Origin: Ignavibacteriales bacterium
Lineage (GTDB): Bacteria > Bacteroidota > Ignavibacteria > Ignavibacteriales > Ignavibacteriaceae
Reading direction: 5' to 3'
DNA length: 64,000 bases
Assembly (NCBI GenBank): GCA_020061465.1
Contig: JAGUYG010000022.1
Span: forward strand, 19,135 to 83,134
Shown here: positions 1 through 7,616 of the stretch, in pieces
Layout: the number at the start of each line of letters is the position of its first letter
Position numbering within the stretch: the first letter of the stretch is position 1
Made by a program: the position numbers and the translations under genes
The notes under the pieces: generated by a model
What the model was told of the DNA's origin: nothing
Databases searched by the model: none
What the model saw: the letters and a program-made list of their open reading frames with translations, nothing else

Positions 1-997
1 TTATAGAAAGAAAATGTTTTGCAAGTAATAAAATATCTTCTTGTCTATCGTGTAAAGGCGGAATAGTAAGCGTAATAACATTAAGTCTGAAGAGCAGGTC
101 TCTTCTAAAATTTTTATTATCGGCTTCTGTTAGGAGGTTTCTATTTGTTGCCCCAATTACCCGCACATTTGAAGTAAGGTTAGTAACGCCACCGATTCTT
201 CTGTACTCGCCGTTCTCAAGAAATCGTAGAAGTTTCGGCTGTAGTGCAAGACTTAGTTCACCAATTTCATCAAGAAATAGCGTTCCGCCATGAGCAATTT
301 CTACTAAACCCTGTTTAGCGGATTTAGCATCTGTAAATGCCCCTTTTTCATGCCCGAACAATTCGCTTTCAATTAGCTGGTCCGGTAACGAAGCGCAATT
401 AATAATAACAAATGGCTTGCTGCTTCTGGTTGAGTGTTTATGAATGTACTCTGCGAATAGTTCTTTTCCGGTTCCGGTTTCTCCTTCGATAAGAATATTG
501 GAATCGGACATAGCAGATTTGTTGGCAAGATTTATTGCACGCTGAAGTTCTGTGCTTATCCCTATAATTTTACCGGAAGATTTTTGACTTACCTGGTTGC
601 TTAATACGGTGGTTTTAACGAGAAGATCTTTACGCTCTAATGCACGGCTAAGTGTTACTAACAATTCATCAAAATTATAAGGCTTGTTGATAAAATCGTA
701 GGCACCAAGTTTAATGCAGTCAATTGCTTTACGAATTTCAGACTGTGCAGTTAAAATTATCACCTGAATTGAAGAATTATATTCCGAAACAAATTTTAAA
801 ACCTCTTCGCCGGAAACATCTTTCATGTTTAAATCTAACAACAGTGCATCGTAATTTTTGGATTTTACTGCGTCAATTGCGTATTTACCGTCATAAACAG
901 TATCGACCGAAAAACCCTCTTCTAAAAGCTGTTCCTTTAAGAGATAACATAGGGTTTCGTCATCGTCGCATACAAGTATTTTTGAATTTTTAGACAT
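1..997 (-). CDS. sigma-54-dependent response regulator (NtrC/AtoC-like: receiver + AAA+ sigma54-interaction domain), 3' end runs off the window
   Basis: Reverse-strand translation starts at the ATG at 995-997: MSKNSKILVCDDDETLCYLLKEQL (receiver). It continues with GETGTGKELFA (Walker A), HEKGAFTDA (GAFTGA-like loop), AHGGTLFLDEIGEL (Walker B) and RVIGATNRNL. The frame stays open to position 1. It is absent from the supplied ORF track because it is open at the window edge. Confidence 0.9.
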   Translation of the reverse strand, partial: MSKNSKILVCDDDETLCYLLKEQLLEEGFSVDTVYDGKYAIDAVKSKNYDALLLDLNMKDVSGEEVLKFVSEYNSSIQVIILTAQSEIRKAIDCIKLGAYDFINKPYNFDELLVTLSRALERKDLLVKTTVLSNQVSQKSSGKIIGISTELQRAINLANKSAMSDSNILIEGETGTGKELFAEYIHKHSTRSSKPFVIINCASLPDQLIESELFGHEKGAFTDAKSAKQGLVEIAHGGTLFLDEIGELSLALQPKLLRFLENGEYRRIGGVTNLTSNVRVIGATNRNLLTEADNKNFRRDLLFRLNVITLTIPPLHDRQEDILLLAKHFLSI

Positions 998-1074
998 AAG
1001 CTTGACTGAGTAACAATTTATTATGTTTGGATAAAAAAGAGCAAATTTCTATATTTGTTCCCTTAAAAAAGCAA

Positions 1075-1147
1075 GGGCGCGTAGCTCAGGGGTAGAGCAT
1101 CTGCCTTTTAAGCAGAGGGTCGGTGGTTCGAGCCCACCCGCGCTCAC
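1075..1147 (+). tRNA. tRNA-Lys (anticodon UUU)
   Basis: Cloverleaf read by eye: acceptor GGGCGCG/CGCGCTC, D arm GCTC-AGGGGTA-GAGC, anticodon arm TCTGC-CTTTTAA-GCAGA (anticodon TTT), T arm GGTGG-TTCGAGC-CCACC. Confidence 0.9.
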
Positions 1148-1152
1148 AAAAT

Positions 1153-1178
1153 GTGCGGAATTTTTTTTCGCACTTTTT
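1153..1178 (+). terminator. hairpin plus T-run after tRNA-Lys
   Basis: GTGCG-N11-CGCAC followed by TTTTTATTTT. Confidence 0.5.
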
Positions 1179-1424
1179 ATTTTAAACACTTCAAAAAACA
1201 TAAGTAAATTTTACTGAATTGTAAAATAAAGCATTATAAAAGCTATTGCAATGATTCTCTGTCAAATTATAGCTAATTAGGCAATTGTCTTTAAGCATTC
1301 TTTTCTTCCATTACCTTTGAATAATAATTGAAAACTTTTTATTAACAAAAGTCATTTAATTTCATATTTTAACATTGAAATATTTAAAATGTTTTTTTTA
1401 TTAAAGTGAAATAATTATCCCGGT

Positions 1425-1766
1425 GTGGGCGAAATCGTTTTTGGGACTATTATCAGAATTGCTCTGGTAATACCTATAATTTGGTTCTCAAAGGAATTTA
1501 TTGATTTTCAATTTTGGTGGATTGTTAGCATGATGATTATATACGGAGTTATTATTCATCCTGCTGTTATCCACTATAGATTATTTGAAGAAAAAAATAA
1601 AGATATTATAGAATCAACATTGTGTACAAGCTGCAAGCATTTTGATAAATCAGCAGTATTATGCATCAAATATGATAAACATCCAGCCCTTGATTACCTG
1701 TCCTGTGAAGGCAATGACTGGGAACCAAAGAATATGCAATTAAATACCCGGGATTTGAGCGATTAA
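1425..1766 (+). CDS. hypothetical small membrane protein with a Cys-containing C-terminal part
   Basis: 113-aa ORF with a GTG start. Two hydrophobic helices (IIRIALVIPIIWF, FWWIVSMMIIYGVIIHPAV) are followed by CTSCKH...C...C. No family recognised. Confidence 0.4.
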   Translation: MGEIVFGTIIRIALVIPIIWFSKEFIDFQFWWIVSMMIIYGVIIHPAVIHYRLFEEKNKDIIESTLCTSCKHFDKSAVLCIKYDKHPALDYLSCEGNDWEPKNMQLNTRDLSD

Positions 1767-1779
1767 ATTCAAATTAATT

Positions 1780-2722
1780 TTAGTAACCGTACTTCTTCAA
1801 AACTTTTTCAACTTCTTTTGCCCATATTGAATAGCCTTCTGCAGTAAGATGAACTCCGTCTGATGTTACAGCATCGTTTAACATATTATCAGTTGACATT
1901 CTTGAGTTTAAATCATATCTGTCCAAAATAAATTTAACTCACTCTAATCTCTCTCTTAAAAAGAGAGAGACTTATTGTCAATAAAACCTTATATGACTAT
2001 GTTCTGATCTACCTGGCAGTAGACAGGCAGAATATTTAACTCAAGTCATAAGTTTTAATAAGCCCTTCTCTTTTTAAGAGAAGGGTTGGGATGAGTTCCA
2101 TTGTAGTGTAAAAACAGTGTAATATTTTAATTATTCACAATAAATTTTCTTTAACAAAATTAATTTGGACAGTACTGGTTTAAATCGAGAAATGTAATTT
2201 TATTATTAATGCAATAATCGTACAATAATGAATTTAATATTTTGACTTCGAGATTTTTTTCTGCTGTATGATGCCATTTAGGCGACACATATAGAGTTGA
2301 TTGAACGATAGGTATAATTTTATATCTCTTAAATGTTTCAATTATTTTAATATAACTTTCAAAAATTGATTCAATCGTTAATCCAGCATAAATATCATTT
2401 ATTCTCCCCATTATAAAACAAATTTTTGATTTAAGATTTAAGACATAATCAAGCCTGTTAAAGAAGCCATCTACCAAATCGCTTGGGATACCTCTTTCCA
2501 CTAAATTTTTTCCCCAAGAAGTCCGTTCCAGTTTGTGCCGTGAGTAATTGAATTTCCAAGCATAACAATGTCTGCACGTTTTGTTTTGTACACCTTATAC
2601 ATTTCAATGTGTTGCCTATATAATGGATTGTATTCATATAACGCTGAATCCGCACTAGAGCTTTTAGGAAAGATGGTCTCGGAAAGCACGAAAAGTAATA
2701 TGACTAAAGATAAAAATTTCAT
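1780..2722 (-). pseudogene. SGNH/GDSL hydrolase, disrupted by a 263-bp insertion and by a frameshift in an A6 run
   Basis: The gene survives as three collinear pieces on the minus strand.
- N-terminal piece: signal peptide and block I, VMLGNSITHG (2722-2501).
- Middle piece: ERGIPSDLV...FIMGRINDIY...ITFLDLN (2501-2178).
- C-terminal piece: SRMSTDNMLNDAVTSDGVHLTAEGYSIWAKEV...* (1905-1780), which is block V DGxH.
Removing 1915-2186 rejoins the middle and C-terminal pieces in frame. Confidence 0.85.
1915..2177. mobile_element. MITE-like non-autonomous insertion with imperfect terminal inverted repeats and a 9-bp target-site duplication
   Basis: The direct repeat GTTTAAATC occurs at 1906-1914 and at 2178-2186. 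The element ends are ATATCTGTCCAAAAT... and ...ATTTGGACAGTACTG, which are imperfect inverted repeats. A second, nested inverted-repeat pair lies at 1936-1970 / 2063-2097; each arm contains a CTCTCTTAAAAAGAGAG-type palindrome. There is no ORF inside. Confidence 0.75.
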
Positions 2723-2854
2723 TTTTTAATGCTCACAAAATTGTGTACAATTTCTTTTATTTGCAGAAGTAAGTTAAAAATATGGAGTAATAAATAAAAT
2801 AATGGATAAAGCACTTAATCACTTAAATCATTAGATTTCTGTGTAAAAAATTAT

Positions 2855-2927
2855 GCCCCCGTAGCTCAGTGGATCAGAGCATTGGCCTCCGGAGCCATGT
2901 GCGCAGGTTCGAGTCCTGCCGGGGGTA
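2855..2927 (+). tRNA. tRNA-Arg (anticodon CCG)
   Basis: Acceptor GCCCCCG/CGGGGGT, D arm GCTC-AGTGGATCA-GAGC, anticodon loop CTCCGGA (anticodon CCG), T arm GCAGG-TTCGAGT-CCTGC. Confidence 0.85.
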
Positions 2928-3568
2928 CAAAGTGAAATTAGTACCAGCTTGACCACTTTCAAGTCCTTTATTTTCTAGGGTTTGGACAGGTTCGAACCTA
3001 TTCTTTTCAACTTTATCACCCTTTTTTCTTTTAGCAGATTCATAACAGAAAAAAAGGCTCTGAGAGCTTAATTTCAAGTTTTTTATCCTTTAATATGAGG
3101 TTCGAACTTATCAGGAACCATATCATATATCAATTCCAAATCTACTGAATGAATACAATCATAAAATTGTGATTTAACGGATTAGATTTAAAAAAACTTA
3201 CATAAAAAAGACAGGGGTGAGATAAAGGGACTCTTTTCACCTTTTCAAAAAGTTTTATTTTAAACGATAAGCGAAGCAGTTTTTAGTGATCTTACCAAAA
3301 GCTTACTAGAACCAATATACTTATAAAATTCCAACACGTCTCATAAAAGTTTTATTCATTTTTAAGTCGATGTCCTAAGGGTGTCCTACCGTCGATCGCT
3401 TGATAGTAGATGATTCGGAGTTGCAGTTAAGTTGTTTTCGACTCATAATTTAGATTACATAGTACTTTAAAAATTAGTTTGAATCATTTATTTTACAGAC
3501 TAAATTTTAGATTATGCGGTTAAGTGTTTTAACAGTTATCTATAATTCATTGGACTCAAATCAAAAAA

Positions 3569-4261
3569 ATGAAAAAAATATCGATACTACTTATTGAAGA
3601 TAATCGTCTTCTGCGTGAAGGCATTTCTACTTTGCTTAAAAAGCAGTCCGATATGAATGTTGTTTCTACGGTTGGCAATGGCGAAAATATTTTAGCGATG
3701 ATAGGTAAACTAAAGCCAAATATAGTGCTTCTTGATCTCGGGTTACGAAGCCGGAACAGCTTGGATATTGTAAAATTAGTTAGGACTAATTTTCAGGAAA
3801 CAAAAATAATTGTAATGGATCTTATTCCGCTCCAGGCAGATGTTTTTGAATTTGTTCAGGCAGGAGTATCAGGATTCATACTAAAAGATGCAAACATTGA
3901 CGAATTTCTTAAGACTATCCGATCGGTTTACCAGGGCGCTAAAGTTTTACCGCCTCATTTAACCGGTTCACTTTTTTCACAAATTGTTAAACATGCAATT
4001 AACGGATCAAAACCTTCCGTAATCGTTGAATCGGTTCGTATGACAAAACGTGAGCGACAAGTTATTGAATTAATTGCGGATGGTTCCACCAATAAAGAAA
4101 TTGCACAAAAACTTCATCTCTCGCCCTACACGGTAAAAAGTCACGTCCATAACATACTTGAAAAATTAGCGCTTAATACACGTGTTCAGATTGCAAAACA
4201 TGCTCACCTATCTGAATCATACAAAACTGCAATCGATACGACTTCATTGATTAGCGAATAA
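3569..4261 (+). CDS. LuxR/NarL-family response regulator, paralogue 1 (receiver + LuxR HTH)
   Basis: LLIEDN...IVLLDLGL...GFILKD receiver pattern. The C-terminal MTKRERQVIELIADGSTNKEIAQKLHLSPYTVKSHVHNILEKL is a classic LuxR-type HTH. Confidence 0.9.
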   Translation: MKKISILLIEDNRLLREGISTLLKKQSDMNVVSTVGNGENILAMIGKLKPNIVLLDLGLRSRNSLDIVKLVRTNFQETKIIVMDLIPLQADVFEFVQAGVSGFILKDANIDEFLKTIRSVYQGAKVLPPHLTGSLFSQIVKHAINGSKPSVIVESVRMTKRERQVIELIADGSTNKEIAQKLHLSPYTVKSHVHNILEKLALNTRVQIAKHAHLSESYKTAIDTTSLISE

Positions 4262-4277
4262 TTTCCCTTCAGTAATT

Positions 4278-4326
4278 AACTCACCCCAAAGATGTAGTTC
4301 ATTTATCATCCTTTTGACCGATTGAT
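4278..4326 (+). promoter_or_regulatory. regulon box copy A (GATGTAG subtype), ~110 nt upstream of response regulator 2
   Basis: AACTCACCCCAAAGATGTAGTTCATTTATCATCCTTTTGACCGATTGA. One of eight same-orientation copies of a ~46-bp box (see findings). Confidence 0.6.
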
Positions 4327-4435
4327 TATACATCCCAAATAGTTGCATTTTGATTTTAGCAACTTGCGAATAGCTCAATTATTCTCTAAAGAAAGAGCAT
4401 CATCATTAAATTTAATAATTCAGTAAGATCATTTT

Positions 4436-5125
4436 ATGAAAAAAATCAGATTATTACTCATCGAAGATAACCGTCTTCTTCGGGATGGAATCTTTTCAAT
4501 TCTTAAACCTCATAAGGATATCCTCATAATTTCCGCATCCGGTGACGGTAAGAACACGCTTGTAAAGATCAAACAGTTAAAACCAAATGTGGTTCTTTTG
4601 GATTTGGGATTACGAAGTCAAAACAGTTTACATATTGCAGAAATAGTGAAGAAAGATTTTCCCGACGCTAAAATTATTGTTATGGATCTTGCGCCGGTAC
4701 AGGCAGATGTTTTACAGTATGTAAAAGCAGGTGCAAATGGATTCATACTCAAAGATGCCTCGCTTAATGATTTTTTAATCACGATAAGAATGGTAAATGA
4801 AGGAGCAACTGTTCTTCCGCCTCTATTAGTTGATTCGCTTTTTTCCCAGATTGTTGATCACGCTGTTAGAGAAGGTAAATCCGAACTGAAAAAAGCGGTA
4901 CAGATGACAAAGAGGGAAAGAGAGGTTATCAGACTACTGAGCGATGGTATGAGTAACAAAGAGATCGGTCAGAAAATTCGCATATCAACCTACACTGTTA
5001 AGAGTCATATTCATAATATTATGGAGAAACTCGCACTACACACACGCCTGGAAATTGCTAACTATTCTTACACTGCTGAAACTCTCAATACAATTTCCAA
5101 GAGTATTTCGATGATTAATAATTGA
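4436..5125 (+). CDS. LuxR/NarL-family response regulator, paralogue 2
   Basis: Same architecture as 3569-4261. About 26 differences over 229 aligned residues versus the copy at 24817-25506, counted by eye. Confidence 0.9.
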   Translation: MKKIRLLLIEDNRLLRDGIFSILKPHKDILIISASGDGKNTLVKIKQLKPNVVLLDLGLRSQNSLHIAEIVKKDFPDAKIIVMDLAPVQADVLQYVKAGANGFILKDASLNDFLITIRMVNEGATVLPPLLVDSLFSQIVDHAVREGKSELKKAVQMTKREREVIRLLSDGMSNKEIGQKIRISTYTVKSHIHNIMEKLALHTRLEIANYSYTAETLNTISKSISMINN

Positions 5126-5160
5126 ACTATCAACTAAATACAATCTGAACCTGATTATTT

Positions 5161-5206
5161 ACTCTCACACTAGATGTAGTCCCTTTTTCATCCCTTTGGA
5201 CTATAT
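5161..5206 (+). promoter_or_regulatory. regulon box copy B (GATGTAG subtype), ~190 nt upstream of the KaiC homologue
   Basis: ACTCTCACACTAGATGTAGTCCCTTTTTCATCCCTTTGGACTATAT. Confidence 0.6.
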
Positions 5207-5393
5207 ATTTTTTTCGCAGTTTTTTTTATAATTCATTGAAATAAAGAGACAAACACAAAAATCTTTTCTGCGAGGTTTTACTACATTGTTACGGATAGAT
5301 ATTTGTGGTAAACGAAATTAGTTGCGATAGATTTTAATAATCGTAGAAAAATTATTTAAAAGAATAGTAATAACATTTCTGGAGATAAATCTT

Positions 5394-7133
5394 ATGAAAA
5401 AAAATATATTAAAATTTCAGCGAAAGACCCTTCCAAAAGCTCCCACAAGTATTCAAGGGTTGGACGAAATAACAGGAGGTGGTTTACCGAAAGGGAGACC
5501 AACGCTTATATGCGGAGGTGCGGGTTGTGGAAAGACCCTATTTGCGATGGAGTTTCTCGTTCGCGGTGCAACGCTTTACAATGAACCTGGCGTATTTATT
5601 TCGTTCGAGGAAACCGAAAAAGAACTCACAGCAAACGTTGCTTCATTGGGATTCGATTTGAACCATCTTGTAGAGCGCAAAAAGATTTGGCTTGAGCACA
5701 TTTACGTTGAACGGGGAGAAATTGAACAGAGTGGTGAATATGATTTGAAGGGTTTGTTTGTTCGTATCCATCGTGCAATTGAAAGTATCGGCGCTAAGCG
5801 TGTTGTACTGGATACTATTGAATCTCTCTTCTCAGCGCTGCCCAATTCTACTGTTGTGCGTACAGAACTGCGAAGGTTATTCGGCTGGCTGAAAAAGAAA
5901 GGTGTGACTACAATAATCACCGGAGAAAAAGGCAATGGTACTTTAACACGCCAGGGCTTGGAAGAGTACGTTTCTGATTGTGTTATTCTGCTGGATCATC
6001 GTGTTACCGATCAATCATCCATACGACGATTACGAATTGTTAAATATCGTGGTTCAACACATGGTACAAACGAATATCCTTTCTTAATTGACGAAGATGG
6101 TTTTTCTGTTCTACCAGTCACTTCACTGGGATTAAATCACATTTCATCCAAAGAAAGAATTTCCACAGGTATTCCGCGTCTTGATACAATGCTTTCCGGT
6201 AAAGGTTACTTTCGCGGAAGTACTATACTTGTTTCAGGTACTGCTGGTACAGGCAAAACAAGTCTTGCAGCGCAATTTGTTGAAGCCGCGTGCAAGCGTG
6301 GTGAGCGAGTGCTTTATTTTGCTTTCGAAGAATCACCAAGTCAGTTTATGCGTAACATGGCTTCTATTGGAATACACTTAGAGCCGTGGGTTAAAAAAGG
6401 ATTACTCCACTTTCACGCAACCCGTCCAACGCTTCATGGGTTGGAACATCACCTTACAACTTCTATCAAATTAATTATTAAAGTTGAACCGCAAATTGTA
6501 GTTCTTGATCCTATTGATGCATTTGTTATTGGAGGAAATCAAACTGAAGTTAAAATAATGCTGCTTCGTCTTGTGGATTTTTTAAAGATGAGGAATATCA
6601 CCGCAATGTTCGCAAGTCTCACTAAAGGAGGGGAGAACCAGGAACTTACAGATATGGCTATATCATCGCTGATAGACACATGGCTTTTATTACGTGATAT
6701 TGAAATTGGCGGTGAGCGCAACAGAGGTCTGTATATTCTTAAATCACGCGGAATGAATCATTCCAATCAAATTCGTGAGTTCATACTAACCGATAACGGA
6801 ATTGAATTACTTGATGTATATGTTGGTCCGGAAGGTGTGTTAACCGGTTCTGCCCGATTGTCACAAGAAGCGAAAAATGATGCAGAACAATTATCTCGGC
6901 AACAAGAAATTGAACACAAAAAATTTGGAATAGAACTTAAACGTGCTGCCATGGAAGCTCAAATAGTTGTTTTAAAATCGGAATTTAAGGCAGAAGAATC
7001 AGAAACACTTAAGCTTATCGAAATGGAAATAGCAAACACTAAAAGGTTCGCAGAAGATAAAACAAAAATGGCAAAGAGCAGGAAGGCAGATAAATTTATA
7101 AAAAAAACAGTACAGTCAGCAACAAAAATTTAA
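5394..7133 (+). CDS. kaiC: KaiC-family double-RecA-domain ATPase with a ~90-aa C-terminal coiled-coil extension
   Basis: N-terminal IQGLDEITGGGLPKGRPTLICGGAGCGKT (Walker A1) with FISFEETEKEL. The second domain has GIPRLDTMLSGKGYFRGSTILVSGTAGTGKT (Walker A2) with YFAFEESPSQ. ...AISSLIDTWLLLRDIEIGGERNRGLYILKSRGMNHSNQIREF resembles the KaiC CII phosphosite/arginine-finger region. The last ~90 aa are heptad-like and K/E-rich. Confidence 0.88.
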   Translation: MKKNILKFQRKTLPKAPTSIQGLDEITGGGLPKGRPTLICGGAGCGKTLFAMEFLVRGATLYNEPGVFISFEETEKELTANVASLGFDLNHLVERKKIWLEHIYVERGEIEQSGEYDLKGLFVRIHRAIESIGAKRVVLDTIESLFSALPNSTVVRTELRRLFGWLKKKGVTTIITGEKGNGTLTRQGLEEYVSDCVILLDHRVTDQSSIRRLRIVKYRGSTHGTNEYPFLIDEDGFSVLPVTSLGLNHISSKERISTGIPRLDTMLSGKGYFRGSTILVSGTAGTGKTSLAAQFVEAACKRGERVLYFAFEESPSQFMRNMASIGIHLEPWVKKGLLHFHATRPTLHGLEHHLTTSIKLIIKVEPQIVVLDPIDAFVIGGNQTEVKIMLLRLVDFLKMRNITAMFASLTKGGENQELTDMAISSLIDTWLLLRDIEIGGERNRGLYILKSRGMNHSNQIREFILTDNGIELLDVYVGPEGVLTGSARLSQEAKNDAEQLSRQQEIEHKKFGIELKRAAMEAQIVVLKSEFKAEESETLKLIEMEIANTKRFAEDKTKMAKSRKADKFIKKTVQSATKI

Positions 7134-7200
7134 TGTATTTTTCGAAAGCAATAACAGAGTAGAATCATAGTTTATAAGAAAACAACAAAAGGAAAAAATC

Positions 7201-7335
7201 ATGAGCAAAGGTCAGAACAGCAAGAAAAATTCTAAAAAAGAACCTGCTAAAACAATGAAGGAAAAGAAGGCTGCTAAGCGAGAAAAGAAAAATGAAAAAA
7301 ATAAACCGGGAATCCTCATTCAACAATTCACCTAA
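7201..7335 (+). CDS. possible 44-aa lysine-rich small protein
   Basis: ATG preceded by AAAGGAAAAAATC. Translation: MSKGQNSKKNSKKEPAKTMKEKKAAKREKKNEKNKPGILIQQFT*. It is below the size cutoff of the ORF track. Coding status is uncertain because the composition is low-complexity. Confidence 0.3.
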   Translation: MSKGQNSKKNSKKEPAKTMKEKKAAKREKKNEKNKPGILIQQFT

Positions 7336-7407
7336 TCGTGAAGTCTGAAATTTTATTGAATATCTAATAGTCTTAAACTTTTCCCTTTAGTAGTCAGTAA
7401 AGCATTA

Positions 7408-7453
7408 TCCTAACACAAGGATTAATTCCTATTTCATCCCTTTGCTCTATTGA
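7408..7453 (+). promoter_or_regulatory. regulon box copy C (GGATTAAT subtype) upstream of the DUF3494 gene
   Basis: TCCTAACACAAGGATTAATTCCTATTTCATCCCTTTGCTCTATTGA. Confidence 0.55.
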
Positions 7454-7616
7454 ACAATCTAACGATTCTAACTATTGTAGTAGTAAGCAAAAGACTAATA
7501 CAGGTCATATTAATTTTCATTAACAATAGGTGAAGCTTATGAAAACCAAAACTACAAATCAAAGTGTGGTTTCTGAACGATGTGAGAACTTGCCTCGCAA
7601 TGAAGCCGCAGCCCTA

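Noticed and set aside
724-993. 89-aa + strand ORF
   Set aside because: It is antisense to the receiver domain of the sigma-54 response regulator, which has unmistakable motifs on the minus strand.
2874-3077. 67-aa minus-strand ORF
   Set aside because: Its 3' end overlaps the tRNA-Arg gene on the opposite strand. The rest is intergenic with no motif, so it is spurious.
2975-3110. Two GGTTCGAAC strings downstream of tRNA-Arg, considered as duplicated tRNA 3' ends (att remnants)
   Set aside because: The match to the tRNA T-arm is only ~8-9 nt and does not extend into the acceptor stem. This is within chance expectation.
3361-3420. Possible ninth, degenerate copy of the regulon box upstream of response regulator 1 (GTCGATGTCCTAAGGGTGTCCTACCGTCGATCGCTTGATAG)
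   Set aside because: Only GATG...GATCGCTTGA resemble the box. The spacing is different, and the CTCA, TTCCTTTTTCATCC and ATTGA elements are missing. It is too weak to call without a statistical motif scan.
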